Below are positions 7,985-16,260 of a stretch of 64,000 nucleotides of DNA, piece by piece (the stretch's first letter is position 1; each line of letters begins with the position of its first letter). The stretch comes from Faecousia sp. (GTDB lineage: Bacteria > Bacillota > Clostridia > Oscillospirales > Oscillospiraceae). A model generated the notes under the pieces. The model ran no database searches, had not been told where the DNA came from, and saw only the letters and a program-made list of their open reading frames with translations. The stretch is taken from contig JAZSOR010000031.1 of the NCBI GenBank assembly GCA_045537035.1, positions 582 to 64,581 of the forward strand, read 5' to 3'. A program made the translations under genes and the position numbers.

Positions 7985-10369
7985 ATGAAATTGAACAGAA
8001 AATGGATCAATGAGGAATTTGTTGATCTTTCCAATATTTCCGATAAAGAGTATGTGGATACCCTGACCATTTTCGGTCAAAAGGTTGAGACATATGAACG
8101 GCTGGATGCGCAGATCAGGAATGTTGTTGTCGGTAAAGTCGTATCCATCGTAAAGCATGAAAACTCCGACCACATGTGGGTCTGTCAGATAGATGTAGGA
8201 CTTGAAGAGCCCGTTCAGATCGTTACCGGCGCACAGAATGTGCACGAGGGTGATCTGGTACCTGCAGCGCTGCATAACTCCTGGCTTCCCGGTGGTATCC
8301 ATATTACCAAAGGTAAGCTTCGTGGCGAAGTATCCAACGGTATGCTCTGTTCTTTGAAGGAACTGGATCTGACCATCAACGATTTCCCTTACGCTATTGA
8401 AGACGGCATATGGATCATTGAAGAAGATTGTAAACCCGGTGACGATATCAACACCGTGATCGGCAACGACGATACTGTTGTGGATTTTGAGATCACAAAT
8501 AATCGTCCCGATTGCTATTCTATCATCGGTTTAGCCCGGGAATCCGCTGCCGCATTTGGCAAGGAAATGAAGCATCATGAACCTTGCGTCAAAGGCAGCG
8601 ACGCCGGCTCCATGTACGATATGCTGGATGTGGACATTCTATCGACAGATCTGTGCAACCGCTATTCTTCCCGTATGGTGACCAATGTTAAAATCGGTCC
8701 CTCTCCCAAGTGGCTTCGTGACCGCTTAAGAGCAAACGGCGTGCGTCCTATTAACAACATCGTTGATATTACAAACTATGTCATGCTGGAATACGGTCAG
8801 CCCATGCACGCATTTGACTACCGATATGTTTCTTCCGGAAAGATCATCGTCAGAGAAGCAGACGAGGGCGAAACGCTGACAACGCTTGACGGAACTGTCC
8901 GTCAGTTGACTCCCGGTATGCTTGTGATTGCTGATGAGACCCGTCCCATCGGTCTTGCAGGTATCATGGGTGGCGAGAACTCCGAGATCAAAGACGATAC
9001 CACTACTGTCGTTTTTGAATCTGCTAACTTTAACGGAACATCGATCCGGCAGACTGCTCTGAGCCTCGGTATGCGCACAGAGTCCTCCGGCAAATTTGAA
9101 AAGAATCTGGATCCTATGATGACTGTGCCTGCTGTACAGCGCGCCTGTGAGCTCGTAGAGCTGCTTGCCTGCGGCGATGTGCTTGACGGCATTATCGATA
9201 TCGTCAACTATGTTCCTGCGCCCAAAACCCTTCTCTTAGAGCCTGAGAAGATCAACAATCTGTTGGGAACCGATATCAGCGCAGAGGAAATGGTCCGGTA
9301 TCTGAAGCTTTTGGAGATCCCCGTCGATGGCAACACCATCTTAGTTCCCTCCTGGCGTCCTGACCTGAACCTGATGGCTGACATTGCTGAGGAAGTGGGC
9401 CGTTCCTACGGTTATAATCAGATCCCCACAACAGATTTCAAGACCTCCACCCAGGGCGGTTATTCTGAAATCATGAAGCTGGAAAGCAAAACCGGCACTC
9501 TTTGCAGAGCGCTGGGCTACAGCGAGATCATCACCTATTCCTTTGTCTCTCCCACGATCTTTGATAAGATCCGTATTCCTGCGGATTCCACTTTGAGAAA
9601 TACACTGAAGATCCAGAACCCTCTTGGTGAAGATACTTCCGTTATGCGCACGACCGCATTGCCCTCCATGCTGGACATCATCGCCCGTAACAGTGCATAC
9701 CATAACAAGGTTGCAAAGCTTTATGAGCTTGCAAAAGTTTATATTCCCACCGAAGGTAATGTACTGCCCGAAGAACCCAAATTCCTCATGCTTGGCGCAT
9801 ACGGCGCAAATGTGGATTTCTACACCATCAAGGGCGAGCTGGATGCGGTTTTTGCAGGTCTTAGAACCAAAAAGGTCCGCTACGAAGCTGACAGCAGCAA
9901 TCCTTCCTACCATCCCGGTCGTTGTGCAAAAGTAACGGTTGACGGCGTTGAAGTTGGCTACATCGGACAGATCCATCCTCTGGTCGCTGAAAATTATGAC
10001 ATCGGCAACGATGTATACTGCGCACAGATCAACCTCACAAAGCTGATTGGACTTTTGCTGCCGGAAGCAACTTACACCCCCCTGCCCAAGTATCCTGCCG
10101 TTATTCGCGATATTTCTGTTATCTGCGATGATAAAATTACTGTTGCACAGGTTGAAGATGTAATCTCCGGCGCAGCAGGCAAGCTCCTTCGCAGCACACG
10201 GCTGTTTGATGTTTACCGTGGCACCGGCATTCCTGAGGGAAAGAAGAGCCTCGCATTCTCCCTTGAGCTGCGCGCTGACGACCGTACCCTTACGGACACC
10301 GATTGCGAGCAGGTCATGAACAAGGTTCTGACTGCTATGAAGGATCAACTGGACGCTGTTTTGCGATAA
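7985..10369 (+). CDS. pheT: Phenylalanine-tRNA ligase beta subunit
   Basis: IVTGAQNV, EITNNRPDC, NNIVDITNYVMLEYGQPMHAFD, C-terminal FDX-ACB (FDVYRG...KKSLAF). Confidence 0.98.
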   Translation: MKLNRKWINEEFVDLSNISDKEYVDTLTIFGQKVETYERLDAQIRNVVVGKVVSIVKHENSDHMWVCQIDVGLEEPVQIVTGAQNVHEGDLVPAALHNSWLPGGIHITKGKLRGEVSNGMLCSLKELDLTINDFPYAIEDGIWIIEEDCKPGDDINTVIGNDDTVVDFEITNNRPDCYSIIGLARESAAAFGKEMKHHEPCVKGSDAGSMYDMLDVDILSTDLCNRYSSRMVTNVKIGPSPKWLRDRLRANGVRPINNIVDITNYVMLEYGQPMHAFDYRYVSSGKIIVREADEGETLTTLDGTVRQLTPGMLVIADETRPIGLAGIMGGENSEIKDDTTTVVFESANFNGTSIRQTALSLGMRTESSGKFEKNLDPMMTVPAVQRACELVELLACGDVLDGIIDIVNYVPAPKTLLLEPEKINNLLGTDISAEEMVRYLKLLEIPVDGNTILVPSWRPDLNLMADIAEEVGRSYGYNQIPTTDFKTSTQGGYSEIMKLESKTGTLCRALGYSEIITYSFVSPTIFDKIRIPADSTLRNTLKIQNPLGEDTSVMRTTALPSMLDIIARNSAYHNKVAKLYELAKVYIPTEGNVLPEEPKFLMLGAYGANVDFYTIKGELDAVFAGLRTKKVRYEADSSNPSYHPGRCAKVTVDGVEVGYIGQIHPLVAENYDIGNDVYCAQINLTKLIGLLLPEATYTPLPKYPAVIRDISVICDDKITVAQVEDVISGAAGKLLRSTRLFDVYRGTGIPEGKKSLAFSLELRADDRTLTDTDCEQVMNKVLTAMKDQLDAVLR

Positions 10370-10462
10370 TTACACTTTTTTACAGAAATTTTAACTTTCA
10401 GGGCTTTACACTCCGCGAAATTTGGGATATAATATCCACACTTAAGGAAGGAGGTCGTTCCC

Positions 10463-10714
10463 ATGAAGGAGAATACCATTAAGTTTACTGTGCCCGGCGA
10501 TGATAAGGAAAATATGCGTCGAATCCTCCGTGATGTGTTCGACGCCTTAAACGAAAAGGGTTATAATCCTATCAACCAGATCGTCGGTTACCTGCTCACC
10601 GAAGATCCCACCTACATTACAAATTACAACAATGCGCGCAGCATGATTTGTAAGTTGGACCGGGATGAATTGCTGCAGGCGCTGGTGCGTTGCTACCTGT
10701 TCGAGAATCCCTGA
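10463..10714 (+). CDS. ireB: IreB/ReoM-family (DUF965) regulatory phosphoprotein
   Basis: NTIKF N-terminal Thr site; ALNEKGYNPINQIVGYLLTEDPTYITNYNNAR; own TTTACA-N17-TATAAT promoter. Confidence 0.9.
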   Translation: MKENTIKFTVPGDDKENMRRILRDVFDALNEKGYNPINQIVGYLLTEDPTYITNYNNARSMICKLDRDELLQALVRCYLFENP

Positions 10715-10772
10715 TCTACCGGGAGGCTTTTGCGGTGGTAAAAGCCTCCCTATCACATTTACGGAGGTTATT

Positions 10773-11063
10773 ATGGCAGACGAAAAGAATGTTTTGACAT
10801 ACAAAGGTCATCCTCTTATGCGGAAGGATAATCTGATCTATTATGGATCTATGGCAGATACCCATATTGTTATGCTGCAGATTCTTGAGACAAAGAAAGT
10901 CGGCGATACAGAGATCGCATCCCGGGTTTCTATACAGCTGCAGTTAACGGATCCTTCTGTTAAGAGCAGAGACCGCGTTGTCAAAAAAGGCGAAAAAGCC
11001 GGCTTATACACCGCCCTTGACTTTGGCAGTGTTTGGCTTGAGCGCGCCCTCGCCGGAAAATAA
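10773..11063 (+). CDS. Hypothetical protein (96 aa)
   Basis: ATG 10773 after SD GGAGG; MADEKNVLTYKGHPLMRKDNLIYYGSMAD...WLERALAGK; preceded by a hairpin at 10721-10750. Confidence 0.8.
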   Translation: MADEKNVLTYKGHPLMRKDNLIYYGSMADTHIVMLQILETKKVGDTEIASRVSIQLQLTDPSVKSRDRVVKKGEKAGLYTALDFGSVWLERALAGK

Positions 11064-11070
11064 AAGGAAT

Positions 11071-11110
11071 GCAGCTGATCTTTGGTGTCGCCATCGATCA
11101 GCTGCTTTTA
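11071..11110 (+). terminator. Intrinsic terminator
   Basis: GCAGCTGATC...GATCAGCTGC followed by TTTTA. Confidence 0.7.
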
Positions 11111-11149
11111 TATTTTTACCTCCTTTGTGCATAATACCACAAAGGAGGT
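11108..11149 (+). promoter_or_regulatory. Sporulation-type promoter embedded in an RBS-occluding 12-bp hairpin
   Basis: ACCTCCTTTGTG-CATAATAC-CACAAAGGAGGT; loop equals a SigG/SigE-type -10; TTATATT lies 15 nt upstream of the loop. Confidence 0.65.
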
Positions 11150-11155
11150 TTTTGT

Positions 11156-12169
11156 ATGGCAAATCAAACCTGCGGAAAGCAAAGCTTTCGCTTGGATTCC
11201 CCACCGGTCATAACAAATTGGGCAAGCGTCGCCGGCAAAAAGGAATCTGAAGGACCTTTGGCAAATACATTTGATGTAATAGAAAAAGATGCCTACTTCG
11301 GTCAGAAATCCTGGGAGCAGGGCGAAAAGAAAATGCAGCAAATCGCATTAAATACGCTCTTAAAAAAATCAAACATGAAAGAAAGTGACATCCGCCTTGT
11401 GTTTTCCGGTGACCTTCTGAATCAGTGCATGGGATCATCATTTACCCTCAGAAATACCGGCATTCCCCATTTGGGCTTATACGGGGCTTGCTCTACCATG
11501 GCAGAAAGTCTCGTCATGGCTGCAATGGCTGTGGGAGGAGATTTTGCTGATAACGCTGTTGCAATGACATCATCGCACTTTGCTTCATCGGAAAGACAAT
11601 ATCGGTTCCCTTTGGGTTACGGCGGACAACGGACGCCTACTGCCCAATGGACAGTTACCGGCTCCGGCGCGGCGCTGGTCTGTAAAAGCGGAAAGGGCCC
11701 TAAAATCACTGCATGTACCGTCGGCACTATAACAGATCTTGGAATCAAAGACGCTAATAACATGGGAGCCGCCATGGCGCCTGCTGCTCTTGCAACGATC
11801 AAAGCACATTTCAAAGATCTGAATACCAGCGCCGATGATTTTGATTTGATCGTAACCGGAGACCTTGGACAGTTAGGCAAAGAAACCCTTCTTGCCCTTG
11901 CCAGCCAGGAAGGATTGGCGCTGGGTGGAAAGCTTGCAGATTGCGGCACGCTGATTTTTGACAACACCCGGCAGGATGTTCACTCCGGCGGCTCCGGATG
12001 CGGTTGCAGCGCAATTACGCTGTGTGGCTATCTTCTCAATAAATTAAACAGTGGCAAATTAAAGAAGATATTATTTTGCGGTACCGGCGCGTTGCTCTCT
12101 CCCACATCTACGCAACAAGGCATGCCCATTCCCGGCATTTGCCATGCCGTATCGATTTCAGGAGGCTAA
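11156..12169 (+). CDS. spoVAD: Stage V sporulation protein AD
   Basis: GDLLNQC, GLYGACSTMAES, SSHFASSERQYRFPLGYGGQR, DANNMGAAMAPAA, SGGSGCGCS. Confidence 0.97.
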   Translation: MANQTCGKQSFRLDSPPVITNWASVAGKKESEGPLANTFDVIEKDAYFGQKSWEQGEKKMQQIALNTLLKKSNMKESDIRLVFSGDLLNQCMGSSFTLRNTGIPHLGLYGACSTMAESLVMAAMAVGGDFADNAVAMTSSHFASSERQYRFPLGYGGQRTPTAQWTVTGSGAALVCKSGKGPKITACTVGTITDLGIKDANNMGAAMAPAALATIKAHFKDLNTSADDFDLIVTGDLGQLGKETLLALASQEGLALGGKLADCGTLIFDNTRQDVHSGGSGCGCSAITLCGYLLNKLNSGKLKKILFCGTGALLSPTSTQQGMPIPGICHAVSISGG

Positions 12170-12173
12170 TCCA

Positions 12174-12530
12174 GTGGAATATGTTAAAGCATTTATTGTT
12201 GGCGGACTTCTATGTGTCATTGCACAAATTTTGATCGACAAAACTAAATTGACACCTGCCAGGATACTGGTTAGTTATGTTGTCATCGGCGTGCTGTTAG
12301 GCGCGATCGGTGTATATAAGCCCTTAGTAGATTTTGCCGGCGCAGGAGCAACCGTTCCACTTACCGGATTTGGTTTTAACCTCGCCAAAGGCGTAAAAGA
12401 AGCCATCTCCACCGATGGCTTTCTTGGAATTTTTACCGGTGGATTAAAAGCAACTGCCGGCGGAATTGCCGCGGCAGTGGTCGCCGGATTGCTGGCAGGT
12501 ATCATTTTTAAAGCTAAGGATAAATCTTGA
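12174..12530 (+). CDS. spoVAE: Stage V sporulation protein AE (SpoVAC/AE family)
   Basis: GTG start after GGAGG; YVKAFIVGGLLCVIAQILIDKTKLTPARIL, AGAGATVPLTGFG. Confidence 0.92.
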   Translation: MEYVKAFIVGGLLCVIAQILIDKTKLTPARILVSYVVIGVLLGAIGVYKPLVDFAGAGATVPLTGFGFNLAKGVKEAISTDGFLGIFTGGLKATAGGIAAAVVAGLLAGIIFKAKDKS

Positions 12531-12546
12531 ATCTTTGGAGACACTA
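12518..12546 (+). promoter_or_regulatory. Putative SigF/SigG promoter for the N/Q microprotein
   Basis: GGATA-N14-GGAGACACTA; the -10 matches GGNRAHAHTR at all 10 positions. Confidence 0.55.
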
Positions 12547-12587
12547 TCTGTGCGGATAACCGCCAAACTATTAGGGAGGTAAGTACC

Positions 12588-12758
12588 ATGAACAATCAGA
12601 ACAGAAATCAGAACAATCAGCAGAATCAGAACAATCAGCAGAACCAGAACAATCAGCAGAACCAGAACAACCAGCAGAATCAGAACAGAAATCAGAACAA
12701 TCAGCAGAATCAGCAGAACCAGAGCAATCAGCAGAATCAGAACAGAAACGAGCGCTAA
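12588..12758 (+). CDS. Unannotated 56-aa Asn/Gln-rich repeat microprotein
   Basis: SD GGGAGGT 7 nt before ATG; MNNQNRNQNNQQNQNNQQNQNNQQNQNNQQNQNRNQNNQQNQQNQSNQQNQNRNER; synonymous AAC/AAT variation between repeats; terminator follows directly. Confidence 0.85.
   Translation: MNNQNRNQNNQQNQNNQQNQNNQQNQNNQQNQNRNQNNQQNQQNQSNQQNQNRNER
12591..12749 (+). repeat. Imperfect 18-bp tandem repeat (AACAATCAGCAGAAYCAG)
   Basis: Directly visible; encodes NNQQNQ units. Confidence 0.95.
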
Positions 12759-12800
12759 AAAAGTCCCTCCGGCAGCAAACTTGCCGGAGGGATCAATTTT
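12757..12800. terminator. Bidirectional terminator between the N/Q gene and addA
   Basis: A-run, TCCCTCCGGCA...TGCCGGAGGGA stem, then T-run. Confidence 0.8.
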
Positions 12801-15800
12801 ATATTGTGTTGAAAAATTGACCAAGACTAAAGAAATACAGCATAGCAGCTTTTATCGGTTTTTTATATATTTTCTCCAATGCATGCGCATAGGTCAGTAA
12901 CTGTTGGCGGTAGGATGCAGCCACACTCTCGATAGTATCGGTTGTGACCCGATCGGTCTTAAAGTCAATAACGGTAATTCCATCATCCTCGATCAGCGCA
13001 CAGTCAACAACACCTTGCACAAGGATCTTCTCATCAAGAATTTCCGGATAATAGTCAACTGCATCCTGCAATACAGAAAACTTAAATTCACGCAGTACAT
13101 TTCCACCTGTGCAGAGCTTTTGACCGACATCCGTAGCAAAAAAGTCCGCAATTTTTTTGCTGTCAACCATATCTGCCTGCTCTTGAGAAATGAACTGCTG
13201 TTCCACAAGACGGTGAATCTCATCGCTAACATCCTTTGGAGTCATGCAGTGATCATAGGAAATATATTGCATAACCGCATGATAGGCATTTCCGTATGCG
13301 CTTCCCTGCCGTATTTGCTCGACAAAAGACGGCTTGCGCCAACTGCGATTCGATCTCATCTCATTGCGTGTATTTTCGGCAATTTCCTGATCCTTGCGTC
13401 TGCCCTTTAACTGTGTTGCTGTCTGTTTGGATGGGCTTTGTGTAGCAGGAATGTGTCCGTAAGAAAAATGCAATGAACGCTGTATTTCTGCAACCATGCC
13501 GGAAGACACTTCCGCATTACCCTCCACAATATCTTGCGATGCAGCATTATTTTCCGGAGCTTTTACTCTTTGAATTTTCCAGTCCCGATCGCTGCATTTT
13601 AACGCTGTCAGAAGAACCCATACACCGGGGCAATCTGCATCAACTGTCAGTAAGAGCGGGTCGCTGAATGCCATGCGCACAGATATCTCCTGAATATCAT
13701 TTTCTACGTTGGGCGCAGCATAAGTCATAATCAAACGGTCCTTTGCGCGGGTCATAGCAACATAAAGAACACGCATTTCTTCAGACAAGCTCTCTGCCGT
13801 AATCTTCGCCGCGATCGCCCGTTTAGCGACAGAGGGATATCGGACGCGGTGTATTTCATCTGCGCATGACGGTCCCAGTCCCAGCTGTTTATCACATAAA
13901 ACCTGCGCCCGGGTGCTCTCACGGTTAAACGCTCTGGAAAGTCCACACAGAAATACAACCGGAAATTCCAGTCCCTTTGACTTGTGAATACTCATAATTG
14001 TAACAGCACCGGATGTACTTTGCTCCCCGGATGCAGAAATACCTCTATCCGAGATCGCATCCAGATACTCAAGAAACTGTACAAGGCCACGGCCGGTGGT
14101 GCGCTCGTAGTTTGCAACGATCTGCATAAAATTCTGCAGGTTCTCAACCCGTAATTCACCATTGGGTAGCGCTGCGTAGATACTGTCGATCCGTGTCTGC
14201 GAAAAGATTCGGGTCAAAAGGTTTGACAGACTGCTCATTTGCGATACACGGCGCAATTTGTTCAAAGTATCCAGGAACTGTTTTGTCTTTTCCAACGGGT
14301 TTTCAAGCAGCGATTCATACATGCTGATGTGCTTATTTTTCTGCCGTAATACAGCAAGATCATCTGCCGTAAACCCAAACAAGCGGCTTCCCAGCAACGC
14401 CACAAGAGGAATATCCTGCAGCGGATTGCAGATCACACGCAAAAGCGCCACCAGTGTTTCTACTTCTTCCGTACTAAGAAGATCAGCGCCACCGCCCATA
14501 TCGCAGCGAATACCTCGCTGCTCCAAGGCAAACTGGAACTGACCGCCGACAGAATTTGGCGAACGCAGCAATATTACAATATCCTCAGGTTTGACAGACC
14601 GTAATCCGTTCTTATCCCGGACCATGTGCTTACCATCCAGCATGCCTGCGATATGATCAGCAACAAAGGACGCTTCCTCCGCGTAGGTATCTTCTTCAAC
14701 ATCTATGCAGTACAGCTCCGTCTCCGGACAGCCAAGAGGAATGTGCTCCAAGCCTTCATTCAGTTGTTCTTCTTCACCGTACACCAAGCCGCCAACCTGC
14801 TCAGACATACAGATAGAAAAGACATCGTTGACGGCTTGAATCACACCGCCGGAAGATCGGAAATTGCTGCTGAGGACGACCTTTCGGCCTTCCCCCACTG
14901 CCGCATTATCTGCCGAAGGATAAGCGTTGTATTTCTCAAGGAAGATACCGGGGTCTGCAAGCCGGAATTGATAAATGGATTGCTTTACATCGCCGACCAT
15001 AAAGCAATTCTGCTTTCTCTGGGTCAGTGCCGCAAAGATCGCATCCTGGACCTGGTTGGTATCCTGATACTCGTCTACCATCACTTCGCGGAAGCGTTTT
15101 CCGATCTCTGTTGCCGCTACTGTGATGCCGTTTCTGCTTTTTCCCAGCACCAGGTCCAGCATCTTATGCTCAAGATCACTGAAATCCAGCATTCTTCTGC
15201 TCTGCTTGAGCTTGCTGTAAGCTGTATCAAATTGTTTCACGAGAGAAACAAGACCGCGCACCGCACATTTGATCTTTCTGTTATCAGAAAGGATCTGGGT
15301 GCTGTTATCGGAAAATGCGCGCATTTTTTTCGCAACACCTTTTTTACATGCCTCGCGAACCGCTTTAATCTGCTGGATCAAAGCGGTATCTGTACATTTT
15401 GCAGAAAAGCGCAGTGTACCGTAATCAATCAGACTGTGCGCCAGAATCGCGTCCCAGGTCCCGGCATTGCGCAGCAACCGAAGCTGATCGACCGTTTCTG
15501 AAAGAACCTGCGCAGGTTTTTCCATATTGTCGGCGTTTGCCGCTAACAAGGCACACCGGTTTAGAGCATCAATATGCAGGTCAAGATAGCTGCGCAGATC
15601 ATCAATAAGGTATCTACCCCACATGGTTTGCGCAACATCTGCCGCTTCTCCGGCATCTTCAAAGGCAACGCAATTATCAAGCCACTGCTCAGGATTCAAA
15701 TGGCACTTGGCGCTGTTATATACCTTCAACACGATCTCGGGAATCTGACGGTCGTCTCTTCCGAGGCCTTGGGTATCAATGAACGCGCAAAAGTCCGGAT

Positions 15801-16260
15801 TATCTGCTATCTTTGCATAGGCAGCAGTAAGGACCTGATCCATAACGCGTATTTGCAGTTCCAGGCACTCCGTCTCATCCGCTACCCGGAAGTCGGAAGG
15901 AATATCCAAATAATACGCATACTCTCGCAGAATATCCGCGCAAAATGAGTGGACTGTAGAAATTTTTGTCAAGTATAAACGCTGCAGCTGATGCTGTAAA
16001 TGCCGGTTCTCCGGATCTGTGGAGATTTTCTCCGAAAGCTTGTTTGCGATTTTGGTACGAAGCTCAGCGGCCGCCGCTTTTGTGTATGTAATGATCAAAA
16101 AATCATCCAGATTGGCAGGCTGATAAGGGTCTAATAGATAGCTAAGTAAACGATCTACCAAAACCTTGGTTTTGCCGGAGCCGGCAGCTGCCGAAACAAG
16201 CAGTTTACCGCCTCTGTCAGAAACAGCTTGCTGCTGTTGCGCTGTTAATGTTTCCGCCAC
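12799..16260 (-). CDS. addA: ATP-dependent helicase/nuclease subunit A
   Basis: VSAAAGSGKT, VDEYQDTN, VGDVKQSIYQFR, SIHKSKGLEF, RVLYVAMTRAK, nuclease QGVVDC...IDFKTD; GTG start after AGGAGG. Confidence 0.97.
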   Translation of the reverse strand: MAETLTAQQQQAVSDRGGKLLVSAAAGSGKTKVLVDRLLSYLLDPYQPANLDDFLIITYTKAAAAELRTKIANKLSEKISTDPENRHLQHQLQRLYLTKISTVHSFCADILREYAYYLDIPSDFRVADETECLELQIRVMDQVLTAAYAKIADNPDFCAFIDTQGLGRDDRQIPEIVLKVYNSAKCHLNPEQWLDNCVAFEDAGEAADVAQTMWGRYLIDDLRSYLDLHIDALNRCALLAANADNMEKPAQVLSETVDQLRLLRNAGTWDAILAHSLIDYGTLRFSAKCTDTALIQQIKAVREACKKGVAKKMRAFSDNSTQILSDNRKIKCAVRGLVSLVKQFDTAYSKLKQSRRMLDFSDLEHKMLDLVLGKSRNGITVAATEIGKRFREVMVDEYQDTNQVQDAIFAALTQRKQNCFMVGDVKQSIYQFRLADPGIFLEKYNAYPSADNAAVGEGRKVVLSSNFRSSGGVIQAVNDVFSICMSEQVGGLVYGEEEQLNEGLEHIPLGCPETELYCIDVEEDTYAEEASFVADHIAGMLDGKHMVRDKNGLRSVKPEDIVILLRSPNSVGGQFQFALEQRGIRCDMGGGADLLSTEEVETLVALLRVICNPLQDIPLVALLGSRLFGFTADDLAVLRQKNKHISMYESLLENPLEKTKQFLDTLNKLRRVSQMSSLSNLLTRIFSQTRIDSIYAALPNGELRVENLQNFMQIVANYERTTGRGLVQFLEYLDAISDRGISASGEQSTSGAVTIMSIHKSKGLEFPVVFLCGLSRAFNRESTRAQVLCDKQLGLGPSCADEIHRVRYPSVAKRAIAAKITAESLSEEMRVLYVAMTRAKDRLIMTYAAPNVENDIQEISVRMAFSDPLLLTVDADCPGVWVLLTALKCSDRDWKIQRVKAPENNAASQDIVEGNAEVSSGMVAEIQRSLHFSYGHIPATQSPSKQTATQLKGRRKDQEIAENTRNEMRSNRSWRKPSFVEQIRQGSAYGNAYHAVMQYISYDHCMTPKDVSDEIHRLVEQQFISQEQADMVDSKKIADFFATDVGQKLCTGGNVLREFKFSVLQDAVDYYPEILDEKILVQGVVDCALIEDDGITVIDFKTDRVTTDTIESVAASYRQQLLTYAHALEKIYKKPIKAAMLYFFSLGQFFNTI

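Noticed and set aside
12591-12749. Tandem repeats as a possible CRISPR array
   Set aside because: No unique spacers, repeat unit is a multiple of 3 inside an ORF, and no cas genes.
12444-12824. 126-aa minus-strand Leu/Ile/Val-rich ORF that looks like a membrane protein
   Set aside because: It is the reverse complement of the N/Q repeat; the plus-strand frame has the SD, promoter and terminator.
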